64,000 nt of DNA from Rebecca billardiae RCC1528. Taxonomy: Eukaryota; Protista; Haptophyta. This document shows, in pieces, positions 10,507-22,289 of this stretch. The notes beneath the pieces were generated by a model. That model saw only the letters and a program-made list of their open reading frames with translations. It ran no database searches and was not told where the DNA came from. Within the stretch, counting starts at the first letter, position 1. Each line of letters opens with the position of its first letter. The position numbers were made by a program, and so were the translations under genes. The stretch lies in contig OZ251222.1 in the NCBI GenBank assembly GCA_965240325.2, positions 3,844,001 to 3,908,000 of the forward strand, in the 5' to 3' direction.

Positions 10507-13500
10507 ATGGCGACGCTGCACATCACCCTGCGCGACGTGACGCTCCACGACGCCGGCCACTACTTCCTCACCGTGCAGTACGTCACGCGCGACGGCGAGG
10601 AGCGCAAGGTGCGCACCGAGGTGTCGGTCAAGACCGCCACGCCCGAGTTCAAGAACCGGACGTTCGCGTTCGAGGTGCGCGCGCCGGGCGGCGTGCTGGA
10701 CGAGGCGGAGCTCCAGTTCGGCGCGTTCCTCGTCGTCCGCTCCGAGCGCGAGGCCAAGCCCACCGGCGAGAAGGCCTCGATCAAGGGCACGGCCAAGCTG
10801 GCGGGGCTGTGCACCAGGCAGCTCGCCGAGCTCGCGCCCAAGCTCGCGGCGGGCGGCGCGACGGAGTACATCGAGCTCACGCACCCGGACGGCGCGCCGA
10901 TCGGCACGCTCGCCGCCGAGCTGCGCATGGACATGCCGCCCGGCCTCCCGCTGCGCGCGAGCGCCGAGCAGCTGACGGGCAGCGCGTACGAGCTGGTGCT
11001 GCGCTCGGCCGTCAACCTCGCCGGGCTGACGGGCGGGCTGGCCGAGCCCGGCGCGGCGGGGCGCGCGGGCTCGGGCGTGCGCGTGGACGTGCGCGCCGTC
11101 TGCCGCGGCGCGCCCACCCCCGAGCTCGGCCGCACGCGCGCGGCGCACCCCTCCGGCCACGCGCGCTTCAACGACACGCTCACCGTCCGCCCGCCGCTCC
11201 CGTTTGGGGACGTGTATGATGGCCTCACGCTGTCGGTGGCCGCGGCGGGCGGGGGCGAGGGCGGCGAGCTGGCGCGGGTGCACGTGCCGCTCGGCGCGCT
11301 GCGCGACGAGACGCCGCGCGAGCTCCGGCTCGAGCTCGCCGAGGCGCCCGGCGCCGCGCTGTACGCGTCGATCCGCCGGCTGCCGCCGAGCGCGCCCACG
11401 GCGCCGCGGCTCGAGGCGGAGGCGCGCCAGCTGCGCGCCGACGCCGGGCTGACGCTGCCCGCGGAGGGCTGCGTGACGGTGGTGCGGCTGCTGCGGCACA
11501 TGGGCGAGTACGCGCCGGCGAGCATGCCCTGGCACCACGTCTACGTCCCGCCGCCGCCCGCCGCCGCCGAGGCACTCGCGCGCGCGGTGGGCGCGCCGCC
11601 CGCGCCCGCTGACGTGCGCACCGTCACGTGGGCGCGCGCGGGCGGCGCGTGGCCGCAGCTCTTCTCGTGGGGCCTCGAGGGCGGGCCGGACGTGGCGATC
11701 GGGAGCGACTCGGCGGTGGCCGTCGAGCTGTACGTGCCCGTCTTCCTCCCGGCCGACGCCGCCGAGCCCGGCGGCGACGGCGTCGAGTGGCAGCTGTGGG
11801 CGCACGCGCTGCTGCCGCTGGGGCATCAGCTGGCCACCCGGCATGCGGCCGCGGCAGGCGCGGGCGGCGCCGGCCGCGGCCGCGCGGACGACGGGAGCGA
11901 GCTGGCCGTGCCGTTCGAGCTGCCGCTGGTGCTGAGCGCGCCGTACGACAAGGCGGACCTGCCCGCGCCCGTGCTCGCCGGCACGCTGCGCTGGCGACCC
12001 GCCGCGCTCGCGCCGCCCGCCGCGCCGCCCGCTTCGGCGGACGCGATGGCGCTGCGCGCGCCGCTGCAGCCGTCGCCGCCGCCGCCGCCGCCGCCGATCG
12101 CGGGCGCCGAGCTCGGCGGCTCCTTCGACCGCGCGGCCGCGGCGGCGCAGCCGCACGACGCGCTGCTCGCCGAGCTCGCGCAGAAGCAGGGCCTCGTCAA
12201 CCGGCTGCTCCGCGAGGTCGACGGCCGCACCGCCGCGCTCTCGCGCTGCGGCCACGAGCTTGTCGAGGCACGCGAGGCGAACGGCGCGCTGCGTGCGGAG
12301 TTGGAGAGGGTGCGCGGCGCGCTGGCGGACAAGGAGTCCGCGCTCGACCGGCTCGCGGCGGACGCGACGAACGCCGAGCACATCGACACGGCCGAGCTGC
12401 AGCGCCGCCACCGCATGCTCGGCGGCGCGTACCGCTCCGAGAAGAAGCGCAGCGAGGAGCTCTGGGCGCAGCTCTCCCAGCTCAGCGCACACGTGGGCGG
12501 CGCGCGCCGGCTGGAGCGTGCCTACATAGCGCTGCAGGACGCGCACCGCGCGCAGACGGCGGAGCTGCACCGGCTGCAGGCGGAGGCGCGCGACCTGGGC
12601 AAGTACAAGCGCACCGTCGCGTCGCAGGTGCGCGGCGCGCCGCACCCTCGCGCGGAGCCCTCGCCGCCCGCGCCGAGCGCCGATGCGCGAGTGCCGCCGG
12701 CTGCGCCGCGCGCGCGCGCCGGCACGCGCCGCGCTGCGCTGAGCGCGCCGCCCCTCCCGACGCGCCCCGCCCCGCGGCGGCCCCTCCCGCCCCTGTCCCC
12801 GCGTGCGCGCCCGCAGGAGAAGCTGATCGCCAAGCTGGAGGCGCTCGTCAAGCCCGCGCTCAAGGACGCGCACAAGGGGCGCTCCGCCGACGCGGAGCTC
12901 GCCGCCGTGCGCGCCAAGCTCGCCGAGCTCGAGCGGCAGCAGGCGGACGCGGCGGGCATTGGCACGGAGGAGCACGTCAGGCTGGTGATGCGCGCGGAGC
13001 AGGCGGAGCGGCGCGCGGGCGCGACCGAGGCGGAGATGGCGGAGAGCGCGCGGACGCACGCGCGCGAGGTGGCGCAGCTCAAGCTGCGGCTCGCGGAGAA
13101 GGAGGCGCAGCTCATGGGCGGCTTCGGCAGCCTCGCCAACCTCGCGCTCGACGAGCTGCCGAGCGCGGCGCCGCGCGAGGTGCGCGCACGGCGACGCGCG
13201 CGCGCGCCTTGGAGCGTCAGCATGCGATGCGCCTTGCTGAGGCGCGCGCGCATGGCGGCACGCGGCCGCGGCCGCGCGCGTGCGCGCGGGCGGGGGATGG
13301 CCTCGTGAGCAGCCCCTGCCACCCACTCCCCGGTAGCCCTGACCGTAGACGTGCCCCCCACCCCGCGCCCCGCCTGCTCGGCTGCACCGACGCGCCGCAG
13401 CCCCCCGGCCCGAGCAAGCCGCCGCCCGTGCGCCACCCGTCCGGCGGCGTGCGGCGCAACAGCACGCCCAAGCTCGAGGCGCTCGTGCCGCGCACGCCCG

Positions 13501-13526
13501 ACGCGTCCGGCGCGGCGCCCGCATGA
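10507..13526 (+). CDS. C2-domain plus coiled-coil protein, CCDC33-like
   Basis: The N-terminus is C2-like (KVRTEVSVKTATPEFKNRTFAF) and the C-terminus is a coiled coil (SQ|EKLIAKLE, MAESARTHAREVAQLKLRLAEKE). Predicted introns are 12628-12816 and 13180-13400. Confidence 0.65.
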
Positions 13527-13754
13527 CAGTTGTGATGGCACGGCCCTGAGCGTACGCCTGAAACTCATAATCAGCATGCATTACTTAGCAGAAATAAGCT
13601 ACGCGCACTGGCTGAGTCGTCAGTCGGGACCCCAGCTGATAACGAACCGTTTCATCACAGCGGTTCCTGAACCGGAGCGGCGTCCGGATCGTCCGGATTA
13701 ATTAGCCGCGCTTTTGCGCCCAGACAGCAGCTTGTCGTCTCGAGCCTCGCCGCC

Positions 13755-14205
13755 ATGTACCGCACCGTCATCCGCACTGTCGCCGCGTGCCTGCTGCTCG
13801 CGGCCGTCGCCGAGGCGTTCCAGGCGGCGCCGCTGAAGGCGACTCGCCTTGCCGGTACGCGCACCCCCCTCGCTGCACCTAACGGCCCACTGCGCCCGCG
13901 GCCGTCACCAGCGCGCGCGCGCGCGTGCGCTTTGCGAGGCCCATGGGCGCAATGGTCGCTCACGCGCGCCCCACCTTCCTGTCGCGTCGGGCGTGCCATG
14001 CGCAGCGCGCGCGCAGCCGACGATGTCGCTCGAGGTCGCGGCGAGCCAGCTCGCGGACGGCACTGCTGCGCAGGTCACCAACTTCCTGCTCGCGTCGAAG
14101 GAGACCGATTTCGGCGGCTACACCGGCCCGGCGATCGGCGTCGGCATCCTCGCCCTCCTCCTCTCGTTCCTCGCGAACCCGTACGATGACCTGCGCGACC
14201 AGTAA
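13755..14205 (+). CDS. Small plastid-targeted single-pass membrane protein (about 99 aa, spliced)
   Basis: A signal peptide ends at AEA|FQAAP and is followed by a basic transit-like segment. GT-AG intron 13855-14005 joins in frame to ...ARAQPTMSLEV...ETDFGGYTGPAIGVGILALLLSFLANPY. Confidence 0.75.
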
Positions 14206-14708
14206 GCGCGTGTACATGTGCTCGTGCTCGTCTCTAAGCGCGCCGAGGAGCTTGCTGGGCTGCCCACACCGCGTCAGCGGCTTGCGGTCGACGCAGGGTT
14301 TCACGTCTCATCACGGACCGCCCAGACACATTCGTTCGGGCGGGTCACGCGAGCTGACAGACCTGGCCGTCACCACCACCAAAGTGGATCATGGTGCACG
14401 AGGACAACCCCTGACGTCAACTGTGCGCTGTCGTGCGGCACCTGGCAGCGGATCTCGGCGCGCAACGCTTTAGTATGACAGTACCTGCTGAATGACCTTT
14501 TCACTGCCTGATGAGTGATGTGGATGTGAGGTGGCCGAACGGCATTTTTTTTCGCCGCCTGACTCGGCAAGCCGACCGCCGCGGGGACGGCCGGCTCGGC
14601 AAACGAGGCCCGACTAAATAAAACGTGCTTAAAATGCCCGGACCTACTCGCGAAGTCCGGGCCAGCAGCTGGCACGGGGAAGGCGCGCCAAGCGAACAAG
14701 GGCCGGCG

Positions 14709-16760
14709 ATGGCGGCGGCGTCAGTCGCACGCTCGCTGCTTGCCCTGAAAAATTGCGGGCAAGCGCGCCCGCTAGCGACGACTATCACGAGGCGCACCGC
14801 GGTCGCGTTGTCAGCCGTGCCCTTCCGCCGGGCCGAGCCCCTCGCGTTCGCCTCGCTCGGTCTCAGGCTGGTGCACAGCGCACGAGCACGGCCTTCGACA
14901 GCAGATCGGACCGGGCGGACGACCCCGCCCAGGACCAGCGCCAAGGTCTCGCGCACCAGTGGCGCGCAGCGACGACGTCAGCGACGCAGCAAGAACGCAT
15001 CGGAGCGCACGGCGCACGTGACGGCTCCAGCCGCTCTCTCCGCACCGCGCACGCCTGCCGAGGCCGACTTGCCCGCGTTCGACTCGCTGAGCGGCGAGCA
15101 GCAGCAGCGGCTGCTGGCGAATATCTTCAGCTTCTATCGACGGCGCATGATGCGCGACCCGCCCGCGGCCACCGCCAGTACCGACGAGGCCGGCCGCGCC
15201 GCGTACATGCTCGGCAGCTGGGTCGAGGCGCTTCCACTCGCGCAGCTCGAGGCCGAGCTCACGGCGCGCGGCCTGACCGACGCGCTCGCCGAGAACCCGG
15301 CCGACCTCCCGGCCGTGCACAGGAGCGCCCTCGCGTCCAAGTACGAGGAGCCCGTGCAGCAGCCCGCGCACGGCGGGCAGCCCACGGCTGACCAGCCGCT
15401 GGGCCATGACGTCGCGGAGGCGCACGCCGCGGAGGCTGCGCCGTCGCCATCTCAGGCGCCGCCGAAGGAGATGGCGGCGGCAGTGAGCGCGCCGAGCCGC
15501 GTCTTCGAGTTTGTGCGCACGGCGTTGGGCCTTGGCGCCGCCCCCGCGCCCGCGCCCGCCGCCGCGGCTCCGGCCGCCGACGGCGCGGCCGAATCGGCTG
15601 AATCGGCCGAGCTGGCGGGAAGGGTGGAGCTCCAGCGGCGGAGCAGGCGGAAGCGGCGGCTGGCGGTGGCGCTGCGCAGGGCGGTCGAGCGAGAGCGCGC
15701 GCTGGCCGAGCGCGAGGCGCTCAACCAGCTGCCCACCGCCGTGCCGGCCGCGCGCGGCGTCGGCGGCGCGGACGCGAGTACGGCGGTGGCCATCGGTCTG
15801 CTGCACAGCGTCTCCCACGTGCTGCGCTGGCACCGCTTCGCCGCCAGCGCCGCGCTCGACGCGCACGCGGGCGGCCGGGCGCGCGAGGCCGCCAGCGCGC
15901 CGCCCCCGCCGCGGCAGAGGCAGCGCGGCGCGTCCACGGCGCACCTCCCGCCGCTCACGGGCAAGCTGGACGAGCGGGTGCTCTCCCTCGCGCCCGTGGC
16001 CACGTTCCGCGGCAGCCTGCTGCTCGCGTCGAGCGCGCGGCAGGCGGACGAGGCGCTGTCGCTGCTCGCGGCGGAGCGGGTGCTCGGCATGGACACGGAG
16101 TGGCGGCCGAGCTTCAGCAAGGGCGCGCGGCCGCGCACCGCGCTCGTGCAGCTCTGCTCGGCCACGCGCTGCGTGATCATCCAGGTGGCCAAGATCGGGC
16201 ACGTGCCGCCGCGGCTGCTCGCCCTGCTCCGAGACGCGCGCGTGTACAAGGTGGGCGTGGGCGCTTCCGAGGACATCTCCAAGCTGCTGGCGGACTACGG
16301 GCTGCCGCCACTCGAGGGCACGCCCGCGTCGTCCGGTGGCAAGGGGCGGCCACCGAGCGTGGCGGCCGTGGCGGGCATGGGCGCGCTGCAGCGGGGCGGC
16401 GCGCTCAACCTCGAGCAGCTCACGCGCGCACTAGGCATGAGCTCGACCCGCCAGTCGCCCGGCCTGAAGACGCTCTTCTTCCACTTCACCGGCGCGCGGC
16501 TGTCGAAGCACGAGCAGATGTCCAACTGGGAGCGGCCCACGCTCACGCCCGCCCAGATCCGGTACGCTGCGACCGATGCGTGGGCATCGCTCGTCGTGTA
16601 CACGCACATGGCGCGCGCGCTCGGCACGGAGAGGGTGCCGCAGCCGGACGGGTGGGACTGCTGGGCGGCGAAGGGCGACGCCGGCGGCGGCGGTCTGAGC
16701 GGTGGGCCGGACGAAGCGCAGCGGCAGCCCGCGCGTGACGAGCGCGAGCCGGGCGAGTGA
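14709..16760 (+). CDS. WRN/EXD2-type DEDDy 3'-5' exonuclease with long N-terminal extension
   Basis: Motifs are ExoI VLGMDTEWRP, LVQLCS, KVGVGASED and ExoIII SNWE..LTPAQIRYAATDAW. The Arg/Ser-rich N-terminus resembles an organelle targeting peptide. Confidence 0.85.
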   Translation: MAAASVARSLLALKNCGQARPLATTITRRTAVALSAVPFRRAEPLAFASLGLRLVHSARARPSTADRTGRTTPPRTSAKVSRTSGAQRRRQRRSKNASERTAHVTAPAALSAPRTPAEADLPAFDSLSGEQQQRLLANIFSFYRRRMMRDPPAATASTDEAGRAAYMLGSWVEALPLAQLEAELTARGLTDALAENPADLPAVHRSALASKYEEPVQQPAHGGQPTADQPLGHDVAEAHAAEAAPSPSQAPPKEMAAAVSAPSRVFEFVRTALGLGAAPAPAPAAAAPAADGAAESAESAELAGRVELQRRSRRKRRLAVALRRAVERERALAEREALNQLPTAVPAARGVGGADASTAVAIGLLHSVSHVLRWHRFAASAALDAHAGGRAREAASAPPPPRQRQRGASTAHLPPLTGKLDERVLSLAPVATFRGSLLLASSARQADEALSLLAAERVLGMDTEWRPSFSKGARPRTALVQLCSATRCVIIQVAKIGHVPPRLLALLRDARVYKVGVGASEDISKLLADYGLPPLEGTPASSGGKGRPPSVAAVAGMGALQRGGALNLEQLTRALGMSSTRQSPGLKTLFFHFTGARLSKHEQMSNWERPTLTPAQIRYAATDAWASLVVYTHMARALGTERVPQPDGWDCWAAKGDAGGGGLSGGPDEAQRQPARDEREPGE

Positions 16761-18390
16761 GCCGGGCGGGCGCGAGACGCCGCGACGAAGGTCTAGCGCG
16801 GCTGTTGCTGGCTAGAGCCAGCAGTGCTTCAGAGAGAGAAAGAGAGAGCTCGATGTATACATCGTCATATTAAACGACACTCATAATGGCGTGAGTCGGA
16901 GTGTGACGACAAATGGTCGCATAATGTACGACCTTGTCAACTCCTTGTAGAGCAGCAGGAGTGCGTGCGCCGGGGCCGCCCGGCCAGCCTGTGGCTAACT
17001 CATAACTGGAGCCTGTCGGCCCGTGGCAGCGCGCCCGCGTGGCCGTTTTTATCGCGCGCGATCTAGCTGTTACGACTATACTGCGCGCTGTCCGCCGCTG
17101 AGACCGCTGATGACAGCTCAAGCTGTGCATTGTCATCAGCAACTGAAGCGCAACGAATATCCGCGCGCCGCCGCGTTTTATTCGGCGCGCGCGCGGGGCG
17201 TCTGCTCAGACGACGCCACTCTGTGTCACTCCGATGTCCGCAGACGCCAGACATCGAAGACGATATCATTCGAAGCGGCAGGGGCTGCTGTAAGCAAGCT
17301 ATGAGCGCGAGTGACTAGCGCACGGTTGTCATCCGCGTCAACTGGCAGTCGCCTCGCGACTAGTTGAGTCGTGGCTCTGCGCCCTGGAGGCTGAGTGAGT
17401 GCGCAGAAGAAGTCTCAGTGCCGCGCCTCTTGCGCACAGCGGCACGCGAGGCTGCGCCGAGTGCGCGCACCAGCAGAGGCGCGCGAGTCTCAGTCTGTGC
17501 CGGCTGGCGCGCCCAGGCCGCCCGGCCCCCGGCGGCCGGGACGACCGTGACCGTGACCGTGTGATGAGAGCGCTGCCACGGGACCTCGTCGAACTCCATC
17601 ATCATATCATCAACTAGCAGCAGATGATTAATTAATCGTCCTACTACTATAGCTGTCTAGCATTATCTGTATCACCAGACTAGCAGTGAGCAGATCAGCG
17701 CGCAGTGAGATCATCGTCATGCAGGCAGTGCAGCATCCAGCACACTGACTTCTGAGACACATCACGACTACTAACTAAGATACTACTGCTATGATTGTGG
17801 CACTGCTAGCTGACGCTGTCTAGCAGCTCATCTCCGTCATGACCGTCATCATCTCTGATGCTGAATCTGATCTCGTCGGATATCGATTCATCTCGCGACT
17901 ACGAATAATTCCGCGCCGGATTCGGATTCTCGTCGTCTCTATGCACTCTCTACTGCTGATGCGCGCGCCGATATCAACTGTCGTCAACTGCGTCTGCTGA
18001 TGATATCAGCATATCAGTCGCAATTCAGTCATCATCATCCATCCGTAGTCTGCGAATAGGCCTTAAGCTATATATATATATAAGCCGTATAGTTGTACCA
18101 TCTGATAACTCGCTCATCTGACTCGTCTGAGTCTGTCCGTCTTATATAGGGATTATAGCTCCGCGGTCCGCCGGTCCGCGATCGTCGATCATCACAGTCT
18201 CGTCTCTACTGACAGCAGTAACGGCTGACTGTAGTACTCTCGTCTCTCTCTCTATATATATAGCTGCGCAGCATATCGTCACTACTACGCTGCGACGCAC
18301 ACCAATGCCGCAGAGCCCGCGCCGGAATTCACGGAGCCCACAACTTCCCAGGCTTTCTCCTTCAGAGTCATTGTCAGAGTGCTCCCTCGG

Positions 18391-20684
18391 CTAGCGCCAC
18401 TCGTCGTCTACGAGCATCATCGACGAGAGGTCGCCCGAGGAGCGCTCGGTGGCCGCGGAGGACGAGGGCTGGCGCCGTCGGCCGCTCCGGCCCGAGCCGC
18501 TCGCGCCGCCCGAGGAGGCCGTGGCCATCGACGTGTTGCTGGGCATGTGCCGCGCGGCTGTGGGCGACTCCCTGCCGCTCGCGCTCGATGCGGCCGAGCC
18601 CACGCTGTCGGCGCTCACGTGCCTCGAGCGGTGCAGCCCGCCGGTTGGTGGGCGCTTGGGCCGCGCGCCGGCGCCGTTGGGCGCGCCGAGCGACGCGTCC
18701 GCCGCCTCGCCCTCCTCGCCCTCCGCCAGGCTCGCCGCCTCGGCCGCGTCGGGCTCGTCCGCCCCCTCGATCCCCGCCGAGAAGAGGAACGCCCCGAGCG
18801 CGCCCGAGTAGCCCTCGTGCTTGAGGAAGAGCGCGTGCTGCGCGCCGTCCGACCAGCGCTCGACGTAGTAGGCGAGCGTGCGCAGCGCGATCTGGTTGGA
18901 GTGCAGGAAGGCGCCCGAGAAGATCACGCGCTGCACGCCCGCGCGCTCTGAGCTGAGGAAGGCCACCTGGGCAATCACCTGCGCACAGCACACAGCACAC
19001 AGCACACAGCACACAGAGCGCCGCGCAGCGCAGCAGGCGGGGCGCAGATGAGCGCGCGCGCGCCGGGGGCATGCCGCCGCCGCGGGCAGCCGCGAGCGCG
19101 CGCGCGCGCGGCGCGGCGCGCGCGCCTGCGAGATCATGACGAGCAGCGCGCGGCACACGTCGTTCTTGTGCACGCCCTCGTACGGGTCGTCCTTGCGCAG
19201 GATCTTGCCGAACATGGACGCGATCAGCTTGGGCGGCAGTCCGAACGCGTCGTACCCGCCTCCGTAGATGTCCTCCACCAGCAGGTTCACGAGCGCGTCG
19301 TCGCCGCGCGCGGCGTTCTCGAGGGCCTCGTCGAAGGTGTCCGCGCAGCCGAGCAGCCGGCACAGCCCGAGGAACGTGCCGCCCCCCACCGCCGTGCCCG
19401 AGATCCGCGCGAAGTCGTCCGCGCCGCGTATCTGCAGGATGGAGACCCCGCTGCCGATGTTGACGAGGATGAACGGGTACATCCCGCCCGCCGGGATGGC
19501 GTACGGCGTGGCGACGAGGGTCGCGCCGGTCGCGTCGGAGTACGGCTCGGCGCGCGGCGCGTTCTCCACGTCCTGGTACAGGAAGAGCTCGTCCGGCACC
19601 TGGTGCGCCCCCCAGCCAGCACACAGCGCGCGCGCACGGACAGCGCGCGCGCACCGCACGCGCGCGGGCGTCGGCGGGTGCCAGCGCGCGGGGCGGCTGC
19701 GCGCGCACGGGGGCGGCGCGCGAGCTGGCACGGGGGCGCGGCGCGGCGGGCGGCGCGCGCGCACCTCCTGCAGCAGCCACGTCACGCCGCGCACGCAGCA
19801 CGCCAGCTCGTCCAGCTTCTCCAGCGTGACGCCCAGCTTGGCCTCGAACGCGGGCGCAAACTTGTGCGCGCCGCCGCCCGTCGCGTACAGCGTGTCGGTG
19901 GCGGCGTGCAGGCCCTCCTCGTGCACGATGTCGAGGAAGGGGCCCATGTTGCGCGTCTCGAAGCGGATGAAGTGCAGCGTCCCCTCCAGCGCGCCGAGCT
20001 GCAGGTGCACGTCGCGCACCCCCGTCCGGTACTTTGCGGACGCGCGGATGAAGTGCGCGATGCGCTTCAGCTCGGCGCGCGGCTTGCGCGTCGGCTCAAA
20101 GTGGACGATCTTGGCGAGCGAGCCGCCGATGTCCATGCCGAAGTAGACCTCGTGCGAGCGCGCGCGCGGCGCGCGCGGCGCCGCGCGCTGCACCGCCAGC
20201 CGCTCCTCCTCGAGCGAGTGGATCTGCGAGGGCACCAGGCCGCCTCGCCTGTACGCGATCGGCGGCGGCAGCGGCATCGTGCGCGCGCGCAGCCGCATGA
20301 CGCCGCGGCCTTTGGAGAGCGCGAGGCGCGGCGAGCGGACGCCGCCGGCGATCGTGTCGCTACTCTTGCGGCCGGGGCTCGGCCCATCCCCATCCGAGCC
20401 CACGCCGCACGCGCTCAGCGCGCCCGCCGCCGCGCCGAGCGCGGCCGAGCCGTACGACGCCAGGTACTCGGAGAGCCACGCCCAGCGCCGAGGGGCGCGC
20501 CCGCCGAGGTCGAGCGGGAGGACGGTGCACGGCGGCGCCGTCTCGCCCGAGACGGGCGGCGACGCCGACTCGCTCGAGAAGAAGTGCGACTCCGAGCCCG
20601 ACGCCTCGCGCGACAGCGGCGGCCGCAATTGCGGCGCGGTCGCCGGCGCGCCCGGGTCGGGCGACCGGGCGCGCGCGGCGGCGA

Positions 20685-20718
<34 letters not shown>

Positions 20719-20811
20719 CGCCTCGCCGAGCGCGACGCCTGCGATCGCCATGCCAGCGAACACCGCCAGCGCCACGGCCGCGCGCGGCTGCGAGGAAAGG
20801 GCCCGCATCAT
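18391..20811 (-). CDS. PANK: Type II (fumble) pantothenate kinase
   Basis: Motifs are GMDIGGSLAK, ATGGGAHKF, DELAC, YPFILVNIGSGVSIL, GTAVGGGTFLGL, DIYG and FLKHEGYSGALGAF. Predicted introns are 19600-19764 (GT-AG) and 18979-19125 (GC-AG). Confidence 0.95.
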
Positions 20812-20912
20812 GATGGCGCAAGAGCGCGCGAAAAATCGTCATCAGTGATGGCAGCTTCCGCCGCGGAACCGACCAATTCTATGATTTAGAGGCAGCGCGG
20901 AAATTGCGCGCA

Positions 20913-22289
20913 ATGGCGGGCCGTAGGTCCGCCCCTTGTAGTGCCAGGGAAAAAGATAAGAAAAAGAAAATGAAAAAAGAAAATCGCCTCGCAAAGAAAA
21001 GAAAATCGCCTCGCTCACTGCCGGGTCGCTTCGCTCACTACCGGGCGCCCTCGCAGCTCCCACTGGGGACGCTCGGCCGAAAACCATCTTGGCAATGGCG
21101 CGGAGCGCATGGGTGGCGCGCGCCAAATCCAACGCCGGCGCGGTCATCGCGAGGGGACTCCCGAGGGGGGTTTTCGCCCGATTCGCGATTGCTGCCCTCG
21201 TCGTCTCGCGTGCAGGTCGAACGAGGGCCAAAGTCGACGCATTTGGAGGCACGCTCGGCGCGTCGACACGATCGTGCGACCTGGGGCGGTCCTCGCCCGA
21301 CTTGCACGTCGAGCGCTCGCACCGGCCATAGTAGCAAGCGCTGCGCACGATGACCGCCTCGCGCGATCCACCGTCGCGCGTCGGGCTCGGTGCGGAAACG
21401 CATTCATCACGAGGCGTCTCGCGGGCGGGAAGCGCCATCGCACGCGACGCAAGCTTTGGCGCGGCCTTCTGAACACCATAACCGGAATCCACACACCGGA
21501 CTGTCGCGTGCCCCGGTTGGCAAGGTCGGGCGCATGCAAATCCGTTTGCTACGATCGGTGGTTTTCCAGAGCGCGAGCGATCATCTTTCACGCTCGCGAG
21601 CTCGCGACCAAAGATCGCTCGGCGCCTGAGGGCCCACGTCCAGCCTGCATGGCGTCGACGGTGGCCAGTGCGACGGAGGCGCAGCGCGAAGCGGCGTACG
21701 AGGCGCACCGCACGCACCTGCCGGTTCTGCCGCCGTGGCCGGAATCGCGTCTTCGCGAATCGGCGATTGAGGCGACAGCGCGCTATAACCGATCCCAGGT
21801 GCGCATTCGCGACGAGCTGAAACGTCGCGCGTGCAAGATCGCCGCACCATCCTTGTCCATGGCACGGACGCTGCGGGACGAGGCCAACGTCGTGAAGCCA
21901 GTGGCGCATGCGCTGCGCTTCCTGTGCCTGCTCGAACAGCGCGTGCCCACCCTCGATCGCGAGTGGCACACGCTCTCGCACTGCGCGCGCGCGCACCACC
22001 GAGAGCTCCTGATACCGCCGAACGTGCGAGTGCCGGACCTGTCGCGCGGAGCGGCGAGCGCCGACGAGCGCTTGGACCTGGACGCGCTGTTGCGCAGCGT
22101 GGCGGCCGTGCACGACGCCGACGCGACCTTCGCCGAGCCCATCGTGCCCGGAGCGGACATTGGCATCCTCGCGACACACGATCTGTCATCCTGCCCGTCA
22201 ATCCGCTAAAAGACGCGAACCCGCTGGGGAAATATTGCGACAGCACTGGCACGGCCCGCCGACCCCCCCGCCCGCCAGGGCAGAGTTTA
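20913..22289 (+). mobile_element. Rolling-circle-like element D, copy 1 (internally deleted)
   Basis: It is collinear with 22290-24041 but lacks about 23570-23931. The 5' IR GGCGGGCCGT (20915-20924) pairs with the subterminal ACGGCCCGCC (22251-22260). Confidence 0.7.
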
